From NCBI GenBank assembly GCA_024405735.1, contig JAKSOF010000004.1, forward strand, positions 44,817 to 108,816: 64,000 nucleotides of DNA. Direction: 5' to 3'. Positions 45,078 to 55,207 of this stretch are shown one piece after another. Each line of letters starts with the position of its first letter. The stretch's first letter is position 1. The translations under genes and the position numbers were made by a program. This DNA is from Victivallaceae bacterium (GTDB taxonomy: Bacteria; Verrucomicrobiota; Lentisphaeria; Victivallales; Victivallaceae). The notes beneath the pieces are model-generated. The model had not been told where the DNA came from. It was given only the letters and a program-made list of their open reading frames with translations, and made no database searches.

Positions 45078-45311
45078 ATGAGCAATGCAGAATTGTTAAC
45101 GGCAGGCATCAAACTGATGGTCTGCGGGATGGGGATCGTTTTCGTTTTCCTCGTCATCATGATCGGAGCGATGAATCTGCTCCGCGTCGTCCTTGCGCCC
45201 TTTGCGGACGCGCTCGATGAGAAAAAAGCGGCTGCCCCCGCCAAACAGACGGACGACCTCGCCGTCGTCGCCGCGGCGGTCGCCGCCGTCGATCTTGAAC
45301 GCAATCACTAA
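45078..45311 (+). CDS. oadG: oxaloacetate decarboxylase gamma subunit-like
   Basis: 77 aa. Single TM helix (MVCGMGIVFVFLVIMIGAM) plus an Ala-rich tail. Lies directly upstream of the alpha subunit. Confidence 0.75.
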   Translation: MSNAELLTAGIKLMVCGMGIVFVFLVIMIGAMNLLRVVLAPFADALDEKKAAAPAKQTDDLAVVAAAVAAVDLERNH

Positions 45312-45344
45312 TCATCAATCATATATTTCAGGAGTTTACGCATT

Positions 45345-47183
45345 ATGAAAAAAATCAAATTCATGGATTGTTCCTTCCGCGACGGCTTCCAGTCCTGTCT
45401 GGGCGCCCGCGTCAAGACCGACGATTTCCTGCCCGCGCTGGAAGCGGCGGTCAAAGCCGGCATCGACTACATCGAAATCGGCGGCGGCGCCCGTTTCCAG
45501 AGCCTTTTCTTCTACACGCAGGAAAATGCGTTTGAGGAAATGGACCGCTGGCGCGCCTGCGTCGACTCGGTCAAGCCGGGCGTCAATCTGCAGACCCTTT
45601 CGCGCGGCGTCAACGTCGTCGGACTTTCCTCGCAGTCGAGCGACATCATCGACTTGCATGCCAAACTTTTCAAGAAACACGGCATCACCACCATCCGCAA
45701 CTTCGACGCGCTGAACGACGTGCGCAACCTCGACGTTTCCGGCCGCGCGATCGCGAAATACGGTTTGAAACACCAGATCACCATCACGATGATGGGGCTT
45801 GCGCCCAACTTGCACGAAACTTACGCGCATACGCCGAAGTTCTATATGGACCGCCTCAATGAGATCATCGCTTCCGGCATCCCCTTCGACAGCCTCGCCT
45901 TCAAGGACGCTTCCGGCACCAGTACGCCCGAGACCGTCCGCGCGACGATCAAGGCGGCGCGCGAATTGCTCGACTCGACTTACGGCAAGGGCGCCAAGGA
46001 GATCCAGTTCCACACCCACGACACCGCGGGGATGGCGGTCAGCTGCAATATGGCGGCGATCGAATCCGGCGCGGACGTGATCGACCTCGCGATGAGCCCG
46101 CTTTCCGGCGGCACCTGCGAAGCCGACATCCTCGTGATGTACCACCGCTTGCGCGGTACCGAATACACGCTCGACATCGATCCCGAAAAGATCATGAATG
46201 TCGAAAAGGTTTTCGAGAAGTGCATGGACAAATACTTCATGCCCCCCGAATCGATGCAGGTTTCCCCCAAGATCATTTTCAGCCCCATGCCCGGCGGCGC
46301 GCTGACTGCCAACACGCAGATGATGCGCGACAACAACTGCCTCGACAAATACGACGACTGCATCGACGCGATGCGCGAAGTCGTCGCCAAGGGCGGTTTC
46401 GGCACCTCGGTCACGCCGGTGAGCCAGTTCTACTTCCAGCAGAGTTTCCGCAACGCGATGCAGGGCAAGAATGCCGACGGCTCGTGGAAACTCGACCCCA
46501 AAGGCTACGGCAAAATGGTGCTCGGCTACTTCGGCAAGACTCCCGTCGCCCCCGATCCGGAAGTCGTCAAGTGGGCGAGCCAGCAACTCGGTATGGAGCC
46601 GACCACGAAATCGGTCGTCGAAATCAACGACGCCGACCCGAAACTCGGTATCAAATACAACACGGAACTGTTGGAAAAAGCCGGTCTCCCCGTCAACGAT
46701 GAAAACATTTTCATCGCCGCCGCCTGCGGCGAAAAAGGGATCAAATTCCTGCAGGGCGACCGTCCCTTCGGCATCCGCTACAAGGAAGCCGCCAAGCCCG
46801 CTTCAAGCGGCAAGGGCGTCTACACCGCGACGATCAACGGCAAGAGCATCGTCGTCGAAGCCGACGGCAAGAGCGGCAGTTACACCGCCAAAGTCAACGG
46901 CAAGACCTATCAGGTCGCGCTCGGCGAAGGCGCCAAAGCACTTGCCGCCGCGCCCGCCGCAAGCGGGGAAGGTTCCAGCGTCTGTGCGCCGCTTCCCGGC
47001 ACCGTGCTCAAAGTGCTCGTCAACAAGGGCGATCAGGTCAACGCCGGCGACACGCTCCTCATTCTCGAAGCGGTCAAGATGGAAAACGAGATCAAAGCCG
47101 ACAAGGCGGGTACGGTTTCCGAGATCGCAGTCAGCAACGGCGCGGTCGTTTCCGCCGGTGACGTGCTGGTCACGCTGAACTAA
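45345..47183 (+). CDS. oadA: oxaloacetate decarboxylase alpha subunit (carboxyltransferase + biotinyl carrier domain)
   Basis: [22 protein letters not shown], and C-terminal biotinyl motif [10 protein letters not shown]. Confidence 0.92.
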   Translation: MKKIKFMDCSFRDGFQSCLGARVKTDDFLPALEAAVKAGIDYIEIGGGARFQSLFFYTQENAFEEMDRWRACVDSVKPGVNLQTLSRGVNVVGLSSQSSDIIDLHAKLFKKHGITTIRNFDALNDVRNLDVSGRAIAKYGLKHQITITMMGLAPNLHETYAHTPKFYMDRLNEIIASGIPFDSLAFKDASGTSTPETVRATIKAARELLDSTYGKGAKEIQFHTHDTAGMAVSCNMAAIESGADVIDLAMSPLSGGTCEADILVMYHRLRGTEYTLDIDPEKIMNVEKVFEKCMDKYFMPPESMQVSPKIIFSPMPGGALTANTQMMRDNNCLDKYDDCIDAMREVVAKGGFGTSVTPVSQFYFQQSFRNAMQGKNADGSWKLDPKGYGKMVLGYFGKTPVAPDPEVVKWASQQLGMEPTTKSVVEINDADPKLGIKYNTELLEKAGLPVNDENIFIAAACGEKGIKFLQGDRPFGIRYKEAAKPASSGKGVYTATINGKSIVVEADGKSGSYTAKVNGKTYQVALGEGAKALAAAPAASGEGSSVCAPLPGTVLKVLVNKGDQVNAGDTLLILEAVKMENEIKADKAGTVSEIAVSNGAVVSAGDVLVTLN

Positions 47184-47200
47184 TCCCGGAGAAAAGAAAA

Positions 47201-48826
47201 ATGCTGAAAAAATTCTTTCTTTTCGCCGCGCTGACGGCAAGTTTCGCGCTTTTCGGTGCGAAAATCGAACTTCCCAAGGATGCGGAAATCATCGCCACAA
47301 GCACGGACAAGGAACCGCTTTTCACCTGGTATCGCGGCGCGGACGATATGCGCTATTTGGTCTACAACGGCAAAAAGCAGGCGACGCTTTTTTCGACCGC
47401 AATGGCGAAAAATCAGATCGTCAATCCCGGCCGTGAACTTATGGTCATCAAACCCGAGGGTTGGAGCAAAGGCAAAGTCAAAGCGGAAATTTCCCTTAAA
47501 GTGATCGACCTGATCGACGGTTTCAACGGCGCGAAAGTGCTTCAGCCGGGCGACGTCGTCGCCAAAATGATGCCGGTCGAAGTCGCCTGCGACGCGGTCA
47601 ACGAAGAAACCGGAGCGGCAAAAAAGCTCAACCAGAGCTGGAGCGAAACCTTCAAAGGCTTGTGGGAAACCACCGGTATTTGCGACATCATCAACCAGAG
47701 CAAATCGGATTTCCATTCGACCTGGATCCTCGGTCTCGGCCGCGTGCTGATGATCGCAGTCGCGCTGGTGCTGATCTACCTCGCGATCGTCAAGGGATTC
47801 GAGCCGCTTCTTTTGTTGCCGATCGGCTTCGGCGCGTTGCTCGCCAACATCCCGCTCGCCGGGATCTCCGGTCCCGACGGGTTGCAGGGCATGGTCTACA
47901 ACGTCGGTATCGAAAGCGGCGTCTTTCCGCTGCTCATTTTCCTCGGCGTCGGCGCGATGACCGACTTCGGACCGCTGATCGCCAACCCCAAGACGGCGTT
48001 GCTCGGCGGCGCCGCCCAGTTCGGCATTTTCACGGCGCTGCTCGGTGCGCTCGCGCTTTCCGCGTGGGTGCCCGGCATCACCTTTGACCTCAAAGACGCC
48101 GCTTCCATCGGCATCATCGGCGGCGCCGACGGCCCGACCTCGATCTGGCTGACCAGCAAACTCAGCCCGAAACTTCTCGGCGCGATCGCGGTCGCGGCGT
48201 ACAGTTACATGGCGCTCGTGCCGATCATCCAGCCCCCGATCATGAAACTCTTTACGACGGAAGCCGAACGCAAGATCAAAATGAAGCAGTTGCGCCCGGT
48301 CAGCAAGGTCGAAAAGATCTGCTTCCCGGTCATGATCACGTTGCTCTGCGCATTTTTGCTGCCCGACGCGGCGCCGCTCATCGGGATGCTTATGTTCGGC
48401 AATCTCCTCAAGGAGTGCGGCGTGGCGGAGCGGCTCAACCAGACGGCGCAGAATGCGCTGATGAATATCGTCACGATTTTCCTCGGCATCGCGGTCGGGT
48501 CGAAGCTCTCGGCGGATCAATTCCTCAGTTTGCAGACGCTCGGCATCCTCGCCATGGGGTGCGTCGCTTTCTGCGTCGGCACGGCGGCGGGCGTCATTTT
48601 CGCCAAGATCATGAATTGCTTCAGCAAAACCAAGATCAATCCGCTCATCGGCTCCGCCGGTGTTTCCGCGGTGCCGATGGCGGCGCGCGTCGCCAACAAG
48701 GTCGGTCTGGAAGCCGATCCCTCGAACTATCTATTGATGCACGCGATGGGACCCAACGTCGCCGGCGTCATCGGTTCGGCGGTCGCCGCGGGCGTGTTGC
48801 TCAATATGCTCAAGAGCCTGATTTAA
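47201..48826 (+). CDS. oadB: Na+-translocating decarboxylase beta subunit with ~150-aa N-terminal extension
   Basis: Canonical part starts near LWETTGI...[32 protein letters not shown] and [12 protein letters not shown] motifs. GGAGAA RBS before the ATG at 47201. Confidence 0.88.
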   Translation: MLKKFFLFAALTASFALFGAKIELPKDAEIIATSTDKEPLFTWYRGADDMRYLVYNGKKQATLFSTAMAKNQIVNPGRELMVIKPEGWSKGKVKAEISLKVIDLIDGFNGAKVLQPGDVVAKMMPVEVACDAVNEETGAAKKLNQSWSETFKGLWETTGICDIINQSKSDFHSTWILGLGRVLMIAVALVLIYLAIVKGFEPLLLLPIGFGALLANIPLAGISGPDGLQGMVYNVGIESGVFPLLIFLGVGAMTDFGPLIANPKTALLGGAAQFGIFTALLGALALSAWVPGITFDLKDAASIGIIGGADGPTSIWLTSKLSPKLLGAIAVAAYSYMALVPIIQPPIMKLFTTEAERKIKMKQLRPVSKVEKICFPVMITLLCAFLLPDAAPLIGMLMFGNLLKECGVAERLNQTAQNALMNIVTIFLGIAVGSKLSADQFLSLQTLGILAMGCVAFCVGTAAGVIFAKIMNCFSKTKINPLIGSAGVSAVPMAARVANKVGLEADPSNYLLMHAMGPNVAGVIGSAVAAGVLLNMLKSLI

Positions 48827-48841
48827 AAGGGCTTTTTCGCG

Positions 48842-49873
48842 ATGGCGGATTTCCTTCAAACAGCGGAAACTCCAGCGGCGCGCAAACGCTGCTCCATCGC
48901 GCTTGCCGTCTACAACGGGGAGCGGTTTCTCGGGGAAATGCTCGAGTCGCTTTTCCGTCAGACGGTGTTGCCGGACGAGATCGTCGTTTGTGACGACGAC
49001 TCGTCCGACCGCACGTTTGAGATCGTTTCGCGCTTTATGGCGACTTACCGCGGCTGTATCCGCTACGAAAAAAATCCCGCGCGGCTCGGCGTCGCCAAAA
49101 ATTTTGAAAAGGCGGTCCGTCTCACGACCGGAGATGTCATTTTTCTCGCCGACCAGGACGACCTCTGGCTCCCCGACAAGATCGAAAAACTGCGCGATGC
49201 CATCGCCGCGCAACCGGAACCGACCGGAGTTTTCTGCAACAGTCTGCTCACCAACGAAAAATTACAGCCGCTCAACTATACGCATTGGCAATTGCGCAAT
49301 TTCAATCCGGAGAGACCCTTTACCGGGATGGAGCAATTCCGCCGTTGCTGTACCGTCGCGCCGATGGCGGGACACAACATCGCCTTTGATGCCCGATTCA
49401 AGGATGTGCTGCTGCCCTTCCCCAATCTGGTGGCCTGTCACGACAACTGGATCGGGATCATCCTCGCCGCTTTTGACGCGTGGCGCATCGTGCCGGAAGT
49501 CCTCACGCTCTACCGTCAGCACGAAAGCAATTACACGGGGATGTTCAAGTGGCGCAATCAGTACCGCACCGCCGTCCGTTCGCTCGCCAGCAACAACGAT
49601 GAATGGAATTACCGGCTTTATCAGGCGTTTCTCGACCGGATCAAGGAATGCAGCCGCTCCTGCGGCAACGACAAGATCGATTTCGCCGTCGGCAGACGCA
49701 ATTACTCGCTCAGCCGGAAAAATCTTTCGCGTTACTTTTTGAAACGGCTGATGCCGATTGGCCGCCTTTATCTCAACGGCAGTTACCGCCGCTACGGACG
49801 CGGATGGAAAAATATGGCACAGGATCTCATCCTGCGCTCTTTTGTCTTTCCCCGGGAGACACACAATGGCTGA
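48842..49873 (+). CDS. family 2 glycosyltransferase
   Basis: SIALAVYNGERFLGEMLESL, VVCDDDSSD, LADQDDLW. Confidence 0.85.
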   Translation: MADFLQTAETPAARKRCSIALAVYNGERFLGEMLESLFRQTVLPDEIVVCDDDSSDRTFEIVSRFMATYRGCIRYEKNPARLGVAKNFEKAVRLTTGDVIFLADQDDLWLPDKIEKLRDAIAAQPEPTGVFCNSLLTNEKLQPLNYTHWQLRNFNPERPFTGMEQFRRCCTVAPMAGHNIAFDARFKDVLLPFPNLVACHDNWIGIILAAFDAWRIVPEVLTLYRQHESNYTGMFKWRNQYRTAVRSLASNNDEWNYRLYQAFLDRIKECSRSCGNDKIDFAVGRRNYSLSRKNLSRYFLKRLMPIGRLYLNGSYRRYGRGWKNMAQDLILRSFVFPRETHNG

Positions 49874-51059
49874 GATCAACTGGCGGAGAAATCTCTGGTT
49901 TCTCTGGATCTCCCAACTGCTCAGCATGGCGGGATTTGCGGGGATCATGCCCTTTATTCCGCTATTCATCGGCAGTAAATTCGGCATTACCGACCAGACG
50001 GAACTGGGGGCGTGGGTGTCGGCTTTCAACTTTTTCGGGATGGCGAGTTTCTGTTTGAGCAATCCCGTGTGGGGCATTCTCGCCGACCGCTACGGGCGGA
50101 AACTGATGCTACTGCGCTCCAGTTTCTGCAATGCGGTCTGCTTCCCCCTTTTCGTCGCGATGCCCAATTGCGCGATGCTCGTCGTGATGCGCTTTATCGC
50201 CTCCTCCTTTTCCGGAACGACGGCGGCGGCACAGACTTTGATCGCGACAACCGTACCGGAAAAACATCAGGGGTTTGCGCTCGGACTTCTCACCAGCGCC
50301 ATCTGGAGCGGCACGATGCTCGGCTACATTTCCGGCGCCGTCATCGTGCGCCATTTCGGCTATGTGGCGGGCTTTCTGCTCTGCGGCGCCATCTATCTCA
50401 TCAGCGGATTCATCGTACTCTTTTTTGTCCGGGAAAATTTCGTACCGCAACCGGAAATCAGAAAGGAGGGTTTTTCCGCACAGTTTCACGCGATGAGCCA
50501 CGCGGTATTGATGCTGCTCGCGCTCTTTGCCCTGCTCGGTTTTGCGCGGCGTTTCGACGAACCCTATCTCGCGATGATGGTGCGGCACATTTCCGCGATG
50601 CAGGACGATTTCGTCATCAGCTGGACGGGATACATCAGCGCGGCGGCGGCGGCGGGCGGAATTCTTTCCGGCATCGTCATCGGCAAACTCTGCGACCGCT
50701 ACGCGCCGTACATCGTCGCGTTGCCGATGCTCGCTTTGGCGTGTATCGGTCTTGCCGGACAGGGAATGTCAACCAACGTCGGCACACTTGCCGCGATGCG
50801 CGCGCTGACCTACTTTTCCGGAGGCGGACTGGAACCCGCCTTTTTGAAACTTCTCGCCCAGGAAACGGCACCGGAACACCGCGGCGCGGTATTCGGTTTC
50901 TCGATGAGCGCGCGGATGCTCGGCATCTTTTCGGCGGCGGGAGTGAGCGGAGTCGTCCTTTTTCACTTCGGCTTGCGGCAAGTTTACTTCACGGCGGCGA
51001 TTTTGATGCTGCTCTTACTGCCGCTGATGATCCTCTACCGCGTCCGCTTCGCAAAATAA
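49866..51059 (+). CDS. MFS transporter
   Basis: Start at MAEINWRRNLWFLW (8-nt overlap with the GT2 gene). 12-TM layout with a LADRYGRK-type loop. Confidence 0.85.
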   Translation: MAEINWRRNLWFLWISQLLSMAGFAGIMPFIPLFIGSKFGITDQTELGAWVSAFNFFGMASFCLSNPVWGILADRYGRKLMLLRSSFCNAVCFPLFVAMPNCAMLVVMRFIASSFSGTTAAAQTLIATTVPEKHQGFALGLLTSAIWSGTMLGYISGAVIVRHFGYVAGFLLCGAIYLISGFIVLFFVRENFVPQPEIRKEGFSAQFHAMSHAVLMLLALFALLGFARRFDEPYLAMMVRHISAMQDDFVISWTGYISAAAAAGGILSGIVIGKLCDRYAPYIVALPMLALACIGLAGQGMSTNVGTLAAMRALTYFSGGGLEPAFLKLLAQETAPEHRGAVFGFSMSARMLGIFSAAGVSGVVLFHFGLRQVYFTAAILMLLLLPLMILYRVRFAK

Positions 51060-51076
51060 AAGGGGAATTCCCTTTT
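51059..51076. terminator. short A/T-flanked palindrome between convergent genes (weak bidirectional terminator candidate)
   Basis: AAAGGGGAATTCCCTTTT. The stem has only ~7 bp. Confidence 0.3.
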
Positions 51077-51081
51077 GCGAT

Positions 51082-52245
51082 CTACACGTAGGCGTAGACG
51101 AACTGGATGGCAAGTTTCACGTCGGGATCGTAGGGCACGAGCATTGCCGTCAACGCATCGCAGATCTCCGAATTCGTACAGCAATAAGTGCGCGGCGTAA
51201 GCAAGTGGAAATGAAGCGTTTTTGTTTTTTCATCGACCCGGAAATCGTAGACTTTGAAAACGGGATCGTAACTTGCGACCGCATTTTCCAGACGGATGCG
51301 CCACTTTTTGACGAGCGGATGATCGTTGCTGAAAGGGTCGCAATGCAAAGTCAGCCGGATTGGCAACTCCCGGGCGACGGCGACTTCGGCGCTTTCAAGG
51401 ATATCGTGCATCGACACGAGATCCCCGGCGTGGTCGACTTCAGCGTGTGCGGTCGCAAAGTAGAGATCGGGACCGTAGTTGTGCATAATGATGTCGTGGA
51501 CGCCGCGAATGCCCTTTTGCGCAACAAGACAACGGCGGAGTTTTTCGACAAACTCCGCATCCGGCGGCGCGCCGAGCAGTAAATTGGCGGCGCCGGTCAG
51601 CAATTTGACGCCGCCCCAGACGATAAAGACCGCCACGGCGACGCCCGCGACACCGTCGACGGGGAACGCGGTGTAGCGCGAAAGGATCAGCCCCGCCAGA
51701 ACGATCCCGGTCGAAATGAGGTCGCTCAAACTGTCAAATGCCTGCGCCTTAAGCATTTCCGAATCGATTTTGCCGCCGACGCGGCGGTAGAAGAGAAAGA
51801 GCCACACTTTGAAAAGCATCGTTCCCGCGACCAGTACGATGAATTTCCAGTCATTCAACAGCGCGGAGGGAGAAAAGATACGGACGACCGCCTCTTTGAA
51901 AAAATTGATGCCGACGGCGGTGATGATCGTCGCGACGATCAGCGCCGAAACGTATTCGATCCTGCCGTGCCCGAAAGGATGTTCATTGTCGGCGGGTTTT
52001 GCGGACATTTTGAAACCGCTCAGCGTGATGATGGAACTCCCCGCGTCGGACAAATTGTTGACGGCATCCGCGCCGAGAGCGATACTGCCGGAAAGGATCG
52101 CCGCCGTGCCTTTGATCGCGACGAGAAGCAAATTGACCGCGATGCCGACCGCGCCGGAAAGCATTCCGTAGCGAAGCCTGACGACGGGGTCCCGGGTATT
52201 TTCCCGGTCGCGGACAAAAAGCTCCAAAAGCCATTGCGTCAACAT
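51082..52245 (-). CDS. cation diffusion facilitator (CDF) family transporter
   Basis: Start at [37 protein letters not shown], and a C-terminal cytoplasmic domain. Confidence 0.9.
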   Translation of the reverse strand: MLTQWLLELFVRDRENTRDPVVRLRYGMLSGAVGIAVNLLLVAIKGTAAILSGSIALGADAVNNLSDAGSSIITLSGFKMSAKPADNEHPFGHGRIEYVSALIVATIITAVGINFFKEAVVRIFSPSALLNDWKFIVLVAGTMLFKVWLFLFYRRVGGKIDSEMLKAQAFDSLSDLISTGIVLAGLILSRYTAFPVDGVAGVAVAVFIVWGGVKLLTGAANLLLGAPPDAEFVEKLRRCLVAQKGIRGVHDIIMHNYGPDLYFATAHAEVDHAGDLVSMHDILESAEVAVARELPIRLTLHCDPFSNDHPLVKKWRIRLENAVASYDPVFKVYDFRVDEKTKTLHFHLLTPRTYCCTNSEICDALTAMLVPYDPDVKLAIQFVYAYV

Positions 52246-53108
52246 ATTTTTCCGATCCTTATCGTATCTCCGGAAAAAGTGATGTTTTCCCGGTAGTTGA
52301 GCGAAACGAAATCGCCCGGTTCGTGCCCGTAACGCAAATTCGCGAGGACGCCGCCTTTGACCTGCCGGGTCACCCGGCGGAGCAAGGCATTCAATTCCTC
52401 CTCTGGCGCATCCGTTCCGGTAAATTCGCCGAAAACAACGCCCGCGCAGTCGGAAAACGCGCCGCACATCTCAAGTTGCGTCAAAACGCGGTCGAGCCGA
52501 TAGAGCGGCTCCCCGACATCCTCCAGTACGAGCACACGCCCCCGGCAGTCGGGAAAATGCTCCGTACCGCAAAGACTGGCGGCGACGGTCGCATTTCCGG
52601 CGAGGACTTCACCGCTGAAATCTCCCGGTTTCAAGACGGTCAAAGCGGACACCTGACGCGGGATGCCCGAGAGCGCCTTCCACGCGTTTTCCTGTGTTTC
52701 CGCCGTATAAGTGCCGAATTTCGCCGCCATCGGCAGAGCGACGGGGACCGCCAGATGATGACGCTCGATCGCCCACAAAAGCGCGGTGAGGTCGCTGAAG
52801 CCCGCGACGAATTTCTCCGTCGGCGGCAACTGCGCGAGACGATCCAGCAAATGCGCGCACCCGAAACCGCCGCGGGCGGCGAGAATGAGATCGACTTCAG
52901 GGTCGCGCCAGAGCATTTCAAGGTCGGCAAAACGCTCGTCCGCGCTTCCGGAAAAATACCCTTTTTTGCCGCCGGCGTGCGGTGTCACCTTGACTTGAAA
53001 TCCCTGCTTCCGCAAAAAACCGACGCCATTTGCCAGCAACGCCGGATCGACCGCTCCCGCCGGAGCGCAAACGCCGATCGTGCGAAGTCCGGGCAACGGC
53101 ATTTTCAC
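52239..53108 (-). CDS. ldcA: LD-carboxypeptidase (peptidase S66)
   Basis: [28 protein letters not shown] (Ser nucleophile), and a C-terminal GHEP-type motif. Confidence 0.85.
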   Translation of the reverse strand: MKMPLPGLRTIGVCAPAGAVDPALLANGVGFLRKQGFQVKVTPHAGGKKGYFSGSADERFADLEMLWRDPEVDLILAARGGFGCAHLLDRLAQLPPTEKFVAGFSDLTALLWAIERHHLAVPVALPMAAKFGTYTAETQENAWKALSGIPRQVSALTVLKPGDFSGEVLAGNATVAASLCGTEHFPDCRGRVLVLEDVGEPLYRLDRVLTQLEMCGAFSDCAGVVFGEFTGTDAPEEELNALLRRVTRQVKGGVLANLRYGHEPGDFVSLNYRENITFSGDTIRIGKIC

Positions 53109-54304
53109 AGCAAGTGCCCCATGCGTTCTTTTTTGGTCTGCAGATAGCGGGCGTTTTCCTTGCCCGGAGCGATCACGAGCGGGATCCGCTCGGCGATCTC
53201 AAGCCCGTAGCCGGAGATCCCGACAAGTTTGCTCGGATTGTTGGTGAGCAGACGGATCGACTTGATGCCGAGGTCGAGCAGGATCTGGACTCCGACGCCG
53301 TATTCGCGCAAATCGCCGGGGAAACCGAGTTTTTCATTGGCTTCGACCGTATCGCATCCCTCCTCCTGTAACTGATAGGCGTGGATCTTGTTGAAGATCC
53401 CGATGCCGCGCCCCTCCTGCCGCAAATAGAGGAGGACTCCGGAACCGTTGGCGACGATCATTTCCATCGCGCGGTGCAGTTGGTCGCCGCAGTCGCAGCG
53501 CTTGGAGCCGAAAACGTCTCCGGTCAGACATTCGCTGTGGACGCGCACCAAAACTTTTTCCTGATCGCGGACGTCACCGTAAATCAACGCAAGATGTTCA
53601 TTCTGATCGACTTTAGTGCGGTACGGGATCACGTTGAAATCGCCGTAGACGGTCGGCAGTTTCGCCATCGTGCCGCGGATGATCAGTTTCTCGTGATGAC
53701 GGCGGTAGGCGATAAGATCGGCGACCGTGCCCCACTTCAGATCGTGTTTTTTGCGGAAATCGTCGAGGTCGGCGAGCCGCGCCATATGACCGTCGGATTT
53801 CATGATCTCGCAGATGACCCCGGCGGGCTTCAATCCGGCGAGCCGCGCCAGATCGACCGCCGCCTCGGTATGTCCGGCACGCCGCAATACGCCGCCCGGA
53901 CGGGCGATCAGCGGAAAAAGATGCCCCGGCGAGGAAAAATCCGCGCCGGTCGAGTCGGGGTCGATCAATTTGCGGACCGTCGTCGCGCGGTCAAAGGCGC
54001 TGATGCCGGTCGTCGTGCCTTCGATCGCATCAACGCTTTGCGTAAACGCCGTGCCGAAGTGGTCGCGGTGCGCTTCGGGAGAATCCAGATTGAGCGCGGC
54101 GGCGCGGTCGGCGTCGAGCGGACAGCAGATGAGCCCGCAAGCGCAAGTCGCCATAAAGGCGATCGCTTCCGGCGTCGCTTTTTCGGCGGCGATGATGAGA
54201 TCGCCCTCGTTTTCGCGGTTGGCGTCGTCGGTGATGACGACCATGCGCCCCGCGCGGATCTCGGCGATGAGTTCCTCCGGCGTATTGAATTGATAATCAG
54301 CCAT
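53105..54304 (-). CDS. ribBA: bifunctional 3,4-dihydroxy-2-butanone-4-phosphate synthase / GTP cyclohydrolase II
   Basis: [28 protein letters not shown], and [18 protein letters not shown]. Confidence 0.95.
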   Translation of the reverse strand: MADYQFNTPEELIAEIRAGRMVVITDDANRENEGDLIIAAEKATPEAIAFMATCACGLICCPLDADRAAALNLDSPEAHRDHFGTAFTQSVDAIEGTTTGISAFDRATTVRKLIDPDSTGADFSSPGHLFPLIARPGGVLRRAGHTEAAVDLARLAGLKPAGVICEIMKSDGHMARLADLDDFRKKHDLKWGTVADLIAYRRHHEKLIIRGTMAKLPTVYGDFNVIPYRTKVDQNEHLALIYGDVRDQEKVLVRVHSECLTGDVFGSKRCDCGDQLHRAMEMIVANGSGVLLYLRQEGRGIGIFNKIHAYQLQEEGCDTVEANEKLGFPGDLREYGVGVQILLDLGIKSIRLLTNNPSKLVGISGYGLEIAERIPLVIAPGKENARYLQTKKERMGHLL

Positions 54305-54307
54305 ATG

Positions 54308-55096
54308 TTATACCTCGATGATTCGTGAAATCGTTTCGATCTGCGACGCTTTTCCGGTGGCGGCGTCGTAAGTGATGACCGCCCCGTCGAGACGGATCGC
54401 GCCTTTTTCGACGACGGCGAGACGATTCGGCATCCCCGTCGTGAATTTCTGCAAAACATCGGGAACGGCGCGTCCGAGGACGCTTATATCGGCGCCGACC
54501 ATTCCCGTGTCGGTCAGCATCGCCGTCCCGGAAACGGAAACCCTGCCGTCGCGGGTCGGCACGTGCGTATGAGTGCCGACGACCGCCGTCACGCGGCCGT
54601 CCAGAAAATACTGCATCGCCAGTTTTTCACTGGTCGCTTCGGCGTGAAAATCAACGAGAATGGTTTTCACGTTGGACGGCAGATTTTTCAAGATCCCGTC
54701 GACGGTCTCAAAGGGACAATAGGCGCTTTCGCGCATAAAGACTTTGCCCTGCAACGCGATCACGGCGACGCTGCCGCCTGCGGGATTGTCAAAAACGCCG
54801 TATCCCCTGCCCGGTTGACATTTCGCGTAATTCGCCGGGCGGATGACGTTTTTGCAAAGGGAGATTTCCCCCTCGAAGCCTTTCTGATCCCAGGTATGGT
54901 CGCCCAGCGTGATCACGTCGACGACGCCCGAGAGATCCCGGACGCAACTTGCGGAAATGCCGCTGCCCGACGCCGAATTCTCAGCGTTGGCGACGACGAA
55001 CTGGATGTTGTATTCCCGCCGCAATTCCGGCACCAGACGGCGCACGGCTTCCCGTCCGCCCTTGCCGACAATGTCGCCGATAAAAAGAATTTTCAT
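54308..55096 (-). CDS. YmdB-like metallophosphoesterase (TIGR00282 family)
   Basis: Start at MKILFIGDIVGKGGREAV. ANAENSASGSGI, TLGDHTWD, DFHAEATSEK, GTHTHVPT. Confidence 0.88.
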   Translation of the reverse strand: MKILFIGDIVGKGGREAVRRLVPELRREYNIQFVVANAENSASGSGISASCVRDLSGVVDVITLGDHTWDQKGFEGEISLCKNVIRPANYAKCQPGRGYGVFDNPAGGSVAVIALQGKVFMRESAYCPFETVDGILKNLPSNVKTILVDFHAEATSEKLAMQYFLDGRVTAVVGTHTHVPTRDGRVSVSGTAMLTDTGMVGADISVLGRAVPDVLQKFTTGMPNRLAVVEKGAIRLDGAVITYDAATGKASQIETISRIIEV

Positions 55097-55156
55097 AACC
55101 GCATTTCCCGCCCGCGTTGCCCGGATACTTAAATGTATCCGGAATATTTCCGGTTT

Positions 55157-55185
55157 AATATACACCCTTTCTCCCGCTTTGTAAA
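55157..55185 (-). promoter_or_regulatory. candidate promoter TTTACA-N17-TATATT for the ymdB-ribBA-ldcA-CDF operon
   Basis: Minus-strand hexamers at 55180-55185 and 55157-55162. The predicted leader contains the hairpins at 55121-55153. Confidence 0.4.
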
Positions 55186-55207
55186 GAGAAGCCGCAGGAA
55201 AAGTATT

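Noticed and set aside
55097-55207. Expected FMN riboswitch upstream of the ribBA-containing operon
   Set aside because: I could not recognise the conserved RFN core in the ~110-nt leader. Only short alternative hairpins are present. An Rfam scan is still needed.
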